Shown in pieces: positions 1 to 9,184 of a stretch of 64,000 nt of DNA; within the stretch, counting starts at the first letter, position 1, and every line of letters starts with the position of its first letter. The notes under the pieces were generated by a model. It made no database searches. It was not told the DNA's origin and worked only from the letters and a program-made list of their open reading frames with translations. The DNA comes from an uncultured Bacilli bacterium. GTDB lineage: Bacteria; Bacillota_I; Bacilli_A; RF39; UBA660. The DNA lies in the NCBI GenBank assembly GCA_947628895.1, contig CANRBS010000001.1, positions 5,783 to 69,782 on the forward strand, read 5' to 3'. Made by a program: the position numbers and the translations under genes.

Positions 1-230
1 TTTTTACCATCAACAAAGAATATTAATGTAGGTACACTCATAATTCTATATTTTAAAGCAAGATTTTCAAATTTATCTATATCTACTTTAATAATATCAA
101 TTTTATCTTCTAAGTTTTCTAAAACTGGTCCCATCATTTTACAAGGACCACACCATTCAGCATAAAAGTCTACTAAATGTTTTCCTTCTTTAACAAGTTC
201 ATCTAAATTATCTTTTTCTAAATATGTCAT
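1..230 (-). CDS. trxA: thioredoxin (partial; C-terminus lies outside the window)
   Basis: The reverse-complement translation reads MTYLEKDNLDELVKEGKHLVDFYAEWCGPCKMMGPVLENLEDKIDIIKVDIDKFENLALKYRIMSVPTLIFF and contains the WCGPCK active-site motif. The ATG at 230..228 overlaps the stop codon of the downstream gene. Confidence 0.8.
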   Translation of the reverse strand, partial: MTYLEKDNLDELVKEGKHLVDFYAEWCGPCKMMGPVLENLEDKIDIIKVDIDKFENLALKYRIMSVPTLIFFVDGK

Positions 231-901
231 TCAATTTTTCCTTTCTCTCTAAGTAAATTTAAATTTTCTTCAGTTATTATATCATATTTTAAGAATAACT
301 CAATTGCTTCTTTATTAAAGTTTTTACTATCATCTTTATAAGTTTCACTAAGTTTATATATTTCATCTATAACTACTCTTGTATCTTCTACAGCTTCACT
401 CATAACAGGTGTATTATCTAATATTTTATTAGCAAGAATAGATTCATCAATACCAGTTATTTTCATAAATGGTTGAGAGAATACAAAAAGTAAGATAAAC
501 GCGATTATATAGCTTTCAATAAATCCTACAACTCCTCCTAGTAACTTAGAAACAAAACCAAATACAACTGTAAGCTTTAATACTCCTTCAATAATACCAC
601 TTATTTTTAATAATATTCTAAGTATTAAATATAATACTGAAAATACTATAAAGAATGCTATTAACTCATATAATAATATATTTAAAATTGATACACCTTT
701 AAATATTCCATTGAAATTAAAGAATGGTAAATTTTTATATAAGAATGTTGAAAGTGGCACTCTTAAATGAAATGAAACAATTAATACTACTACTAAGCCT
801 ACAAGTAAAACTGTTTGTTTAATAAATCCTCTTCTAAATCCTGACATAACCCCTAGAATTAAAAATATTACAATAATTGCATCAAGTATACTTATTTTCA
901 T
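227..901 (-). CDS. CvpA-family membrane protein (colicin V production protein-like)
   Basis: The 224-aa protein has several TM helices and an acidic C-terminal tail. It matches CvpA in size and topology. Confidence 0.5.
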   Translation of the reverse strand: MKISILDAIIVIFLILGVMSGFRRGFIKQTVLLVGLVVVLIVSFHLRVPLSTFLYKNLPFFNFNGIFKGVSILNILLYELIAFFIVFSVLYLILRILLKISGIIEGVLKLTVVFGFVSKLLGGVVGFIESYIIAFILLFVFSQPFMKITGIDESILANKILDNTPVMSEAVEDTRVVIDEIYKLSETYKDDSKNFNKEAIELFLKYDIITEENLNLLREKGKIE

Positions 902-2394
902 TATTTTCCTCCTTCTAAATTAAGTATATATGGATAATCCATACTTCCATCTCCACTTATTACTTTTACGGTTTTTGAAATTGTGATTACTGGTCTTACA
1001 ACAGCCTCAGTTGATACTTTACTTTCAATAATTACATTATTATTTACTAAAAAATTATATGCGGCACTTCCATTATAATATGCAGGAGTAAGAGTCCAAT
1101 ATGAATCATTAAAGTTCAAAAAACTATCATCTTTAAATACATCAAATCCAGCATTTATAAGTTCATTTTTAGTAATTAAAGCAATTGGATAATTTAGTAC
1201 TTTACTACCATATTCACTATTTACTGTAAGTCTATCATTTATATTATGGCATTCATAACTAATTTTATCATTATTCATTTCATAATAACCTGTATTGTTA
1301 TTTGCAAATCCAAGAGTACCATAAAGTACTCTATTATATGTAAATTCTTTAGTTTTTCTATTACTACAATAAATTGTATCACTTGTAATATAATCTTTAT
1401 ATTCACTTAAATTCTCTTTAAAATAATTTTCTAAATAAGTTTTAATATCACTTGAAGATGTATTATTATGTTCAAGTTTATAATCAAGACTACTAACTGT
1501 TCCATACATAAAGCCAACATAAGCATTAGAATTAGATTTACTATTAAATACACTACTAAGAGATGAATCTATGCTACATACATCATTTTCATATTTACCA
1601 CTATATATAAGTCTTATTCCTCTATCCATTGTAGTTCTTATTATTTTATAACAATTATTTCCTAAAACTACGGTATTTTTTAAATCTTTACTTCCCCTAT
1701 AAAAATAAATAATTCCACCATTTATACTATTATTTGTATAATAAACACCACTATTATTTATATCATTTAAATCAATATTATTAATTGAATCTATAACACT
1801 ATTTTCAATAAGTTTTCCAAGTGAATCTTTAGTATAAATATCTTCACCAACATTAATATTAGAAGATGGTACTATATTTATATTTGAAGAAAAAGTTTTA
1901 TTCATATTATTACTTTGATCTTTATCAGTTTTAAGAAAAGTAATAATCATTTTATAAGAATGTGTAGATCCTTTTTTTAATTTTATATTGCTAGCTATTA
2001 ATTCATCACTTGTAGGAATTATACTTTCACTTCTACTAGCACCTAAACCATTTTCTTCATAAATAGAATAAACCAAATCATCTGGATTTGCAAAATTATT
2101 TACTACATTTTCAAGTTTTATATCATAATATATATCATAGTCACCTTTATTTTTAACTGTAAATGATTTCGTGATACTATCTCCAGTATAACCATCTACC
2201 ATAGTAACATTACTTGTATCTGTAAATACAACAGCTGCATTCCCATCAAATGTATTTATATTGATTTTATTACTTTCACCAAATACATTAACTGAAAAAT
2301 ATGCATAAGTACAAAATAGCATAAATATTGAGATTAATATAATTCCAATACTTGCAAGTAACATACTTAATTTATAATTATTCATAATTCTCAA
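901..2394 (-). CDS. N-terminally anchored or secreted Asn-rich protein with a TasA/camelysin-type (SipW-cognate-like) N-terminus and a conserved C-terminal RPVITIS motif
   Basis: The N-terminal TM segment is followed by TYAYFSVNVFGESNKININTFDG, which resembles T[FY]A[FY]FSD.E.S.NN.F.AGTLDL. The C-terminus is VRPVITISK. A paralogue lies at 49805..51106. Confidence 0.35.
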   Translation of the reverse strand: MRIMNNYKLSMLLASIGIILISIFMLFCTYAYFSVNVFGESNKININTFDGNAAVVFTDTSNVTMVDGYTGDSITKSFTVKNKGDYDIYYDIKLENVVNNFANPDDLVYSIYEENGLGASRSESIIPTSDELIASNIKLKKGSTHSYKMIITFLKTDKDQSNNMNKTFSSNINIVPSSNINVGEDIYTKDSLGKLIENSVIDSINNIDLNDINNSGVYYTNNSINGGIIYFYRGSKDLKNTVVLGNNCYKIIRTTMDRGIRLIYSGKYENDVCSIDSSLSSVFNSKSNSNAYVGFMYGTVSSLDYKLEHNNTSSSDIKTYLENYFKENLSEYKDYITSDTIYCSNRKTKEFTYNRVLYGTLGFANNNTGYYEMNNDKISYECHNINDRLTVNSEYGSKVLNYPIALITKNELINAGFDVFKDDSFLNFNDSYWTLTPAYYNGSAAYNFLVNNNVIIESKVSTEAVVRPVITISKTVKVISGDGSMDYPYILNLEGGK

Positions 2395-2533
2395 ATCCTT
2401 TATATATTATAAACTATTAGTTTTTTCTTATTCTAAAACCTATCATAATTATATAATTAATAAGTATTTTTTTCAATAAAAATTGAAATAATTACATTAA
2501 TTTGGTAAAATACTCGTGAAGGAGAAAAGAGTT

Positions 2534-3085
2534 ATGTTAAAGGAAAAAGATATACTTGATGAAAGAAAGTCAAAAATATTAAGGAAAAAAAGTGTTGATG
2601 TAACTTTTCCAATGAGCGAAGATGATATTGCTTTAATTAATGAAATGGTTATGTATTTAAGACTTAGCCAAGATGAAGAATATGCAAATAAAAACAATAT
2701 TAGAGCTGGTATGGGACTTTCTGCTGTACAACTTGGAAAATTAAAAAGATTTTTTGTTATTTCATATAAAAAAGATGATGGTACTTTTGAAGAATATAAA
2801 GTTGTTAATCCTAAAATAATATCTAATTCAACTGAATTAATATATGTAGAAGAAGGAGAAGGATGTTTAAGTGTAAATAGATATGTTGAAGGTATAGTTC
2901 CAAGATATGCAAGAGTTACTATTGAATATTATGATGAATTTGGAAATAAAAAAGAAGTTAGAGTTCGTGAAGAAATAGCTGTTGCCTTCCAACATGAAAT
3001 AGATCATTTAAATGGTATTTTGTTTTTAGATAGAATAGATCCAAAAGATCCATACAAAAATAAAGATAATATGAGAAGTATATAA
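2534..3085 (+). CDS. def: peptide deformylase
   Basis: The GMGLSAVQLG, EGCLS and QHEIDHLNG motifs are present. The RBS AAGGAG (2519..2524) lies 9 nt before the ATG at 2534; the ORF track begins at the upstream GTG. Confidence 0.9.
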   Translation: MLKEKDILDERKSKILRKKSVDVTFPMSEDDIALINEMVMYLRLSQDEEYANKNNIRAGMGLSAVQLGKLKRFFVISYKKDDGTFEEYKVVNPKIISNSTELIYVEEGEGCLSVNRYVEGIVPRYARVTIEYYDEFGNKKEVRVREEIAVAFQHEIDHLNGILFLDRIDPKDPYKNKDNMRSI

Positions 3086-3168
3086 AGTGTAAATGAATTA
3101 AAAATAAAAAAGTATTTGTTTACTTTTTTTTTATTTTACTTTATAATTAATATAGGTGAAATAATATT

Positions 3169-4080
3169 ATGGAAAAAGGATATTTAAAAAGGTTAATTTT
3201 TTGGGGTGTTATTTGGATTTTAGTTGTAGCTGCTGCTGCAAGTGGAATGTATATGTATTATAATGGATATGGTGAAAGTGGTAAAATAAGACAAAAATTA
3301 TTGCCAATAGTAAACCAATTTAATAATTTAGATTACATATTACAATTAAAAAATAATAATAATATTGAAGTAAAAGCTAAAATAGATCAAAATAAAATAG
3401 TTATTACTTATACAACAGTTGGAAGTGAATCAAAATTTGACTTTACTTATTCAAAAGAAAATGATATGGAAATACTTACAAATAAATATAATACAAGTGA
3501 TTCAGTTTCAGGTGAAATTATTTCAAGAGGAATGATTGATGCTGTATATATAGTAAATGCAGGTGAAGGAAGTTTATTTGATACATATCAAATTAATGAC
3601 TTTACTAAAACAACTATAGAACAAGGAGTAAATATTAAAACTGGTAACGATATAGAAATACAAATTAATTTAAATACTAATATATTAGAAAACCTACAAA
3701 ATGTTGATATAAATGATAACGATTTAACTGATTATATTTTAGAAAATGACTTAATTAATATGACAGAAGATTTAACAACTAAAAATAGATATGACATAAG
3801 TAAAAAAGCAATAAAAATAATTGTTATTAATGGAGCTGAGAATTATCAAATATATGCTGAAAATACTGATAGTGAAATAAATGATAATTTATATTTTTCA
3901 GTAATGAATATAATAAAATTATTAAATAATGATGTATATAAAACAATTGAAACAAATGAAGATAAATTAATCGCAAATAATAAAACATCAACATATGAAG
4001 TTGTTATAAATGCAGAGGTTGATATTGAAAATACATTCAATGAAGATAGTTCAATATTAGAAGTAATAATAAATAAATAA
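3169..4080 (+). CDS. hypothetical membrane-anchored protein
   Basis: The 303-aa ORF has one N-terminal TM helix (LIFWGVIWILVVAAAASGMY) and an Asn/Asp-rich extracytoplasmic part. An AGGTGA RBS precedes it. Confidence 0.5.
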   Translation: MEKGYLKRLIFWGVIWILVVAAAASGMYMYYNGYGESGKIRQKLLPIVNQFNNLDYILQLKNNNNIEVKAKIDQNKIVITYTTVGSESKFDFTYSKENDMEILTNKYNTSDSVSGEIISRGMIDAVYIVNAGEGSLFDTYQINDFTKTTIEQGVNIKTGNDIEIQINLNTNILENLQNVDINDNDLTDYILENDLINMTEDLTTKNRYDISKKAIKIIVINGAENYQIYAENTDSEINDNLYFSVMNIIKLLNNDVYKTIETNEDKLIANNKTSTYEVVINAEVDIENTFNEDSSILEVIINK

Positions 4081-4108
4081 AAAGCTTTCAAACGAAAGCT
4101 TTTTTAAT
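4081..4108. terminator. bidirectional Rho-independent terminator between convergent genes
   Basis: The hairpin is AAAGCTTTC-AAAC-GAAAGCTTT with a T-run on the plus strand and a U-rich flank on the minus strand. It overlaps the smc stop codon. Confidence 0.6.
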
Positions 4109-7034
4109 TTTCTAATTTTACACTAACTATTTTACTAACTCCACTCTCTTGCATTGTAATACCATATAATTTATCTAAATATTCCATTGTTTTCTTTTTA
4201 TGAGTTATTATTAATAATTGTGTTTTATTTTTATAATTCTCTAAATATTCTCCAAATACAGTTGCATTATTTTCATCAAGAGCTGATTCTACTTCATCAA
4301 GTATTACAAATGGGACTCTTTCTAAATTCATAATTGAGAACAATAAACTAATTGCTGTCATAGTTTTCTCTCCACCAGAAAGTAAACTTAATGGTTTTTG
4401 ATTCTTTCCAGGAGGCACCGCGATAATATCAATACCAGTTTCTAGTATATTATCAGGTTCTGTTAATTCTAAATGAGCAGAACCACCTTTAAATAATGTT
4501 TTAAATACTTTTCCAAATTCTACATTAATATTTTCAAATGTTTCTTTAAATTTATCAATCATCACTGCATCCATATCATTTATAATATTTAGTAAATCTT
4601 TTTCACTATTTTCTAAATCTTCTTTTTGTTTAGTTAAAAAATTTACTCTTTTTGATATTCTTTCAAATTCTTCAATAGAACCTAAATTTACTTCACCTAA
4701 TGATTTAATTTTCTTTCTTAATGTAGATACTTTTTCCCTTGCTATATCTTCATCAATCTCAAGTAAATATTCTTTTTTAGCTCTTTCATAACCTAAACTA
4801 TAATCTTCACTTAATCTAGTAAGTAAACTTTCTAAATTTATATTTAATTTAGTTATATTAATTTCTAATTTATTGATTTCACTATTTAAATTATTATATT
4901 CATTATTTTGTTTTTTAATAGAAGACTCTAAATCTGTAAGTGTACTATTTAAATCTAATTTTTCTTTATTATATATTTCTAAAGTCTTTTCTAATTCTAT
5001 TTTCTTTTGTTCATGTTTATAATACTCATCAATAACTTTATCTAATTCTTTATCAAGTGATTTATCTGATAAATTATTAATTTCATTTTTTACCATTTCA
5101 TATTCACTATTAGTAGTTTCATATAAATGTTGTTTACTTTTAATACTTTCTTCATTTTTAATATTTTCTATATTAAGTTTATAGATATTATCATTTATAA
5201 TTCTTAAATCACTTTCTACTTTTTGATGTTTTTCTTCTAATACTTTTATTTCATCACTAGTATTATCTACTGAAGATTTTAATTTTTCAAGTTCATATTT
5301 ATCAGAAATATATGAGTTATTTGTTTTTAAGCTACCACCAGTCATACTTCCACCAACATGAATAAGTTCGCCATCTAATGATATTACTCTATATCTATGA
5401 TTTATTTTTTTACTTATAATAGTTGCTGTAGATAGATTACTAGATACTATTATATTACCAAGTTGATTCATTATAATATTGTAATATTTTGAGTCATAAC
5501 TAACTAGTTCACTAGCAATACCAATATAACCTGTAATGTTACGAACTATATTTAAAGTTTCTGGATCAATACTTTTTGCTTTTATTACATTAAGTGGGAA
5601 AAAAGTAGCTCTTCCTTTATTATGTCTTTTTAAATAATCAATTGCTTCTTTTGCACATTCTTCATCATCAGTAATTATATTATTTGAAGATGCTCCAAGT
5701 GCTACATCTAACATAGTTACATATTCTTCTTTTGTGTCTATTACATTTCCAAGAATGTTATGTATACCTCTAAGTGTTGGACAGTCAAGTACGGTTCTTA
5801 CACTATAAGGAATTTTATTTAATGAAGAAATATTTGCTTCTAATACATCTATTTTATTTTTAATATCAAATAATTTTTTTCTTTTAATATTTAAATCATA
5901 ATTTATTTTTTCAAGTTCTTTATTTACATCATTATAATCATTAGTATATGAAAGTATTTTGTTTTTTAAATTTTCTTTTGTTTCATTACAAATTTTAATA
6001 TCAGATAATATTTCTGTAAGATTATTTTTAATTAAACCTTCTCTATCTTTTAAATTAATTAAATTTTCTTTAACAATATTACTCTCTTTATCATATTTAT
6101 TTCTCTCAGTCATTAAAGTCTTTTTATTACTTAAATCCATAAGGCTTTCATTTATTTTAAAAATTTCATTACTAGTAGATTTAATTTTCTCATCTATATT
6201 TAATATTTTAACTTTAATTTTTTCTACTTCAGTATTATCTTCTGTATTAGATGAATTAAGTTTTGATAATTCTTCTTCTAATGAAAGTTTCTTTTTAGTA
6301 CTATTTTCAAGTTCATTACTATAAGTAGTAATATCTTTAGCAATTAAAGCTATTTCAACACTTTCAAGCTCATTTAAAGCATTTTTGTATTCTACTGCCT
6401 TATGTGCTTCTTCTTCAAGTGGAATTAAGTTTTCACTATTTTCACTAATAATTAAACTTATTCTATCTATATTTTCATGAGTTTTAGATAATTTTGATAA
6501 TGTTTCTTCTTTTCTTTTCTTATATTTTAATACACCAGCTGCATCTTCAAATATAACTCTTCTATCTTCTGGTTTTTCACTCAATATTTGATCTATTTTA
6601 TTTTGAGGAATAATATTAAATGATTCTTTACTAGACATAGAATCTAAAAATAAATTAGTTATATCTTTTAGTCTACATTTATCATTATTTATATAATACT
6701 CGTTTTCACCTGTTCTATAAACTACTCTTTTAATTGAAACTTCACTATAATCTATATTTAATGTCCTATCAGTATTATCAAACACAATAGCAACACTTGC
6801 AAAGTTAGCAGACGGTCTAGAAGTAGAACCACTAAATATAACATCACTCATATTATTACTTCCACGCAAAGACTTGATACTTTGTTCTCCAAGTACCCAT
6901 TTAATAGCATCAACTATATTACTTTTACCACTTCCATTAGGACCAACAATACCTGTGAATGTAGGATCTAGTTCAATAGTCATTTTATCTGCAAAACTTT
7001 TAAATCCATGAATTTTAATTTCTTTTATATACAT
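4104..7034 (-). CDS. smc: chromosome segregation protein SMC
   Basis: The protein begins MYIKEIKIHGFKSF...GPNGSGKSN with a Walker A motif, has long coiled coils and a hinge, and ends with a signature motif and Walker B (LSGGEKTMTAISLLF...ILDEVESALD). The start was moved to the ATG at 7034, which follows an AGGTGA RBS. Confidence 0.9.
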   Translation of the reverse strand: MYIKEIKIHGFKSFADKMTIELDPTFTGIVGPNGSGKSNIVDAIKWVLGEQSIKSLRGSNNMSDVIFSGSTSRPSANFASVAIVFDNTDRTLNIDYSEVSIKRVVYRTGENEYYINNDKCRLKDITNLFLDSMSSKESFNIIPQNKIDQILSEKPEDRRVIFEDAAGVLKYKKRKEETLSKLSKTHENIDRISLIISENSENLIPLEEEAHKAVEYKNALNELESVEIALIAKDITTYSNELENSTKKKLSLEEELSKLNSSNTEDNTEVEKIKVKILNIDEKIKSTSNEIFKINESLMDLSNKKTLMTERNKYDKESNIVKENLINLKDREGLIKNNLTEILSDIKICNETKENLKNKILSYTNDYNDVNKELEKINYDLNIKRKKLFDIKNKIDVLEANISSLNKIPYSVRTVLDCPTLRGIHNILGNVIDTKEEYVTMLDVALGASSNNIITDDEECAKEAIDYLKRHNKGRATFFPLNVIKAKSIDPETLNIVRNITGYIGIASELVSYDSKYYNIIMNQLGNIIVSSNLSTATIISKKINHRYRVISLDGELIHVGGSMTGGSLKTNNSYISDKYELEKLKSSVDNTSDEIKVLEEKHQKVESDLRIINDNIYKLNIENIKNEESIKSKQHLYETTNSEYEMVKNEINNLSDKSLDKELDKVIDEYYKHEQKKIELEKTLEIYNKEKLDLNSTLTDLESSIKKQNNEYNNLNSEINKLEINITKLNINLESLLTRLSEDYSLGYERAKKEYLLEIDEDIAREKVSTLRKKIKSLGEVNLGSIEEFERISKRVNFLTKQKEDLENSEKDLLNIINDMDAVMIDKFKETFENINVEFGKVFKTLFKGGSAHLELTEPDNILETGIDIIAVPPGKNQKPLSLLSGGEKTMTAISLLFSIMNLERVPFVILDEVESALDENNATVFGEYLENYKNKTQLLIITHKKKTMEYLDKLYGITMQESGVSKIVSVKLEN

Positions 7035-7190
7035 AAACTTCACCTGCTACTATTTAACTATAAATAATTATATCACAAAGAATAAAAATACGAAAGAAAA
7101 AGTCACTTATAAATAAAATGTAACAAATTTTTTTCAAAAAAAAGAAGTGTTTATGTACACTTATGGCTAATTATATAGTAGGAGGTAAAA

Positions 7191-7679
7191 GTGAATAGTC
7201 TTATTAAAAAAATATATATTAGAAACACTATTAAAAGTAGTTCAAAAGTTATTGAAGCAAAATTTATAAAAAAAGATGGAATAAAATATTATGTAGATGG
7301 CAAAAATGTGATATTAGATTATACAAAAAATGAATTAGAAATAGCAAAATGGTTGGTAAGTATATTAGGCGGAACAATATATTTATTACCAAGAATTAAT
7401 TATCCTGAAAATATAAAGACAGCAGATTATTTATGGAATAACGAATTTTGGGATTTGAAAGAAATTAATGGAAAAGGAAAAAATATTTTAGATAATAGAA
7501 TTAAAAATTATCAAAATCAATCAAATAATTTTATTTTAGTAATTAAAAATAATAAATTAAGCATAAAAAATATTGTACTTCAAATTAATAAAATTTATAA
7601 TTCTCCACATAGATTATGGGTAAATAAAATAATAATTATTAAAAATAGCAAATTATTAATGATAATAAAAAGAGATTGA
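7191..7679 (+). CDS. hypothetical protein with a possible PD-(D/E)xK nuclease-like core
   Basis: The 162-aa ORF uses a GTG start after an AGGAGGT RBS. The motif ...TADYLWNNEFWDLKEI (D...(D/E)xK) is present. Its 3' end lies inside the tandem repeat. Confidence 0.4.
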   Translation: MNSLIKKIYIRNTIKSSSKVIEAKFIKKDGIKYYVDGKNVILDYTKNELEIAKWLVSILGGTIYLLPRINYPENIKTADYLWNNEFWDLKEINGKGKNILDNRIKNYQNQSNNFILVIKNNKLSIKNIVLQINKIYNSPHRLWVNKIIIIKNSKLLMIIKRD

Positions 7680-7926
7680 CCCCAACCCAAGTGTGTCAGG
7701 ATAAATCTCATTAACTATAATATACAATAAATTATAAATTATGTCAATAGTAAAGTGATACTTTACTTTTACTTATAAATAAAATAATAATTATTAAAAA
7801 TAACAAATTATTAATGATAATAAAAATGAGATTGACCCCAACCCAAGTGTGTCAGGACCAATCTCATTAACTATAATATACAATAAATTATAAATTATGT
7901 CAATAGTAAAGTGATACTTTACTTTC
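7621..7926. repeat. tandem direct duplication, two units of about 155 bp at about 97% identity
   Basis: Unit 1 is 7621..7775 and unit 2 is 7776..7926. They differ by one 1-nt insertion and three substitutions. Each unit carries the GTAAAGT-GAT-ACTTTAC hairpin and an internal inverted repeat, AATGAGATT...AATCTCATT in unit 2. Confidence 0.85.
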
Positions 7927-8096
7927 TTCATATATATAGCATGACCACACATTTCTATAATTTCTGATTTGATAGATGTTTGTTCAATTAAATCCATAAT
8001 TTTATTAAATAATTCATTATCTTTTATATTATATATATTATCTTCTTTTTTATATTCAAGTCCTCTAATAGATCTTATCTCTATTCTCATAGTCAT
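7794..8096 (-). CDS. hypothetical small protein (the C-terminal third is encoded by the repeat)
   Basis: The 100-aa ORF runs into repeat unit 2. A 27-aa ORF with an AGGAGAG RBS lies immediately upstream (minus strand, about 8112..8195). Confidence 0.25.
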   Translation of the reverse strand: MTMRIEIRSIRGLEYKKEDNIYNIKDNELFNKIMDLIEQTSIKSEIIEMCGHAIYMKKVKYHFTIDIIYNLLYIIVNEIGPDTLGLGSISFLLSLIICYF

Positions 8097-8237
8097 TTCA
8101 TATTCAATTTTCCACTATTATCATTAAATAATCTTTTTTTTCATTAAAATTTGCATAATAATTTTTAATTTTTAAAAAATCATTCATTTTTCTCTCCTAA
8201 ATTATATCATCATATATTTAATATAAATTAGTATATA

Positions 8238-8885
8238 TTATTTAGCTCTTTTCATATATGCAATCTTAGCAGCATTTTGTTCTGCTTCTTTTTTAGAGCC
8301 TCCATGAGCTTTTCCAAAAACTAAGCCATCTATTATAACTTCAACTTCAAAATCTTTTTTATGAGCAGGTCCACTTTCACTCACTAATTTATACTCTACA
8401 CTCTTTTTTACTGTTTGTACACTTTCTTGTAGTAAACTTTTATAATCCATTAAAAAATCTTCTTTTCTAATTATATATGGCACAATTAATTCATTAAATA
8501 TTTTTTTAACTGCATCTAGTCCTTTTTCTAAATAAACAACAGCCATTAATGCCTCAAATACATCAGCTATTATTGTTTTATTAGCTTCCTCTATTCCATT
8601 TCCAAGTAAAATATATTTTTTTAAATTAATTTCTTTAGAATATTCATATAATGCATTTTCACATACATATAAACTTCTAAGTTTACTCATTTTACCTTCT
8701 TCATAATTACTATTATTATATAAATAATCACTACAAACTATTTCTAGTACAGCATCTCCTAAGTACTCAAGCCTTTCATAAGACTTTGTATTATGTTCAT
8801 TAGAATAACTAGAATGTGTAAGAGCAACTTTAAGTAACTCATCATTTTTAATTATAATTCCATATTTTTTAAAAATCTCTTTCAT
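8238..8885 (-). CDS. rnc: ribonuclease III
   Basis: The ERLEYLGDAVLE RNase III signature is present. A C-terminal dsRBD follows (GPAHKKDFEVEV...GGSKKEAEQNAA). Confidence 0.9.
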   Translation of the reverse strand: MKEIFKKYGIIIKNDELLKVALTHSSYSNEHNTKSYERLEYLGDAVLEIVCSDYLYNNSNYEEGKMSKLRSLYVCENALYEYSKEINLKKYILLGNGIEEANKTIIADVFEALMAVVYLEKGLDAVKKIFNELIVPYIIRKEDFLMDYKSLLQESVQTVKKSVEYKLVSESGPAHKKDFEVEVIIDGLVFGKAHGGSKKEAEQNAAKIAYMKRAK

Positions 8886-8965
8886 ATTTATCACTATAGA
8901 AATTATACCACGGATTTAATAACTTATCTATTTATTTTTAAAAAGAAATATTATATAATAAATAT

Positions 8966-9184
8966 ATGAAAAAAATATTAATTGGTTTAATAAACTTATA
9001 TCAAATAACACCATTACATATTCATTCTTGTTGTAGATTTACTCCAACATGTAGTGAATATATGAAAGAATGTATAAATATATATGGTATTAAAGGTATA
9101 TTTAAAGGAATAAAAAGAATATTAAGGTGTCATCCTTTTGGAAAAATTGGATATGACCCAGTAATTAAGGGAGATGAATCATGA
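8966..9184 (+). CDS. yidD: membrane protein insertion efficiency factor YidD
   Basis: The 72-aa protein reads ...[33 protein letters not shown]...RCHPFG, which is the YidD/PF01809 pattern. Confidence 0.8.
   Translation: MKKILIGLINLYQITPLHIHSCCRFTPTCSEYMKECINIYGIKGIFKGIKRILRCHPFGKIGYDPVIKGDES

Noticed and set aside
5959-6324. A 121-aa ORF lies antisense within smc. Similar antisense ORFs lie at 12666..12947 in ruvB, 14111..14467 in ruvA, 32911..33237 in tig, 54495..54872 in the ABC gene and 60639..60932 in tuf.
   Set aside because: They are embedded in strongly supported conserved genes on the other strand. They are compositional artefacts.
7794-8096. The full-length 100-aa ORF was considered as a genuine gene.
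   Set aside because: Its C-terminal 45 aa are read through repeat unit 2, a recent duplication. A shorter N-terminal peptide is possible, but the long form is probably fortuitous. It is kept only as a low-confidence feature.
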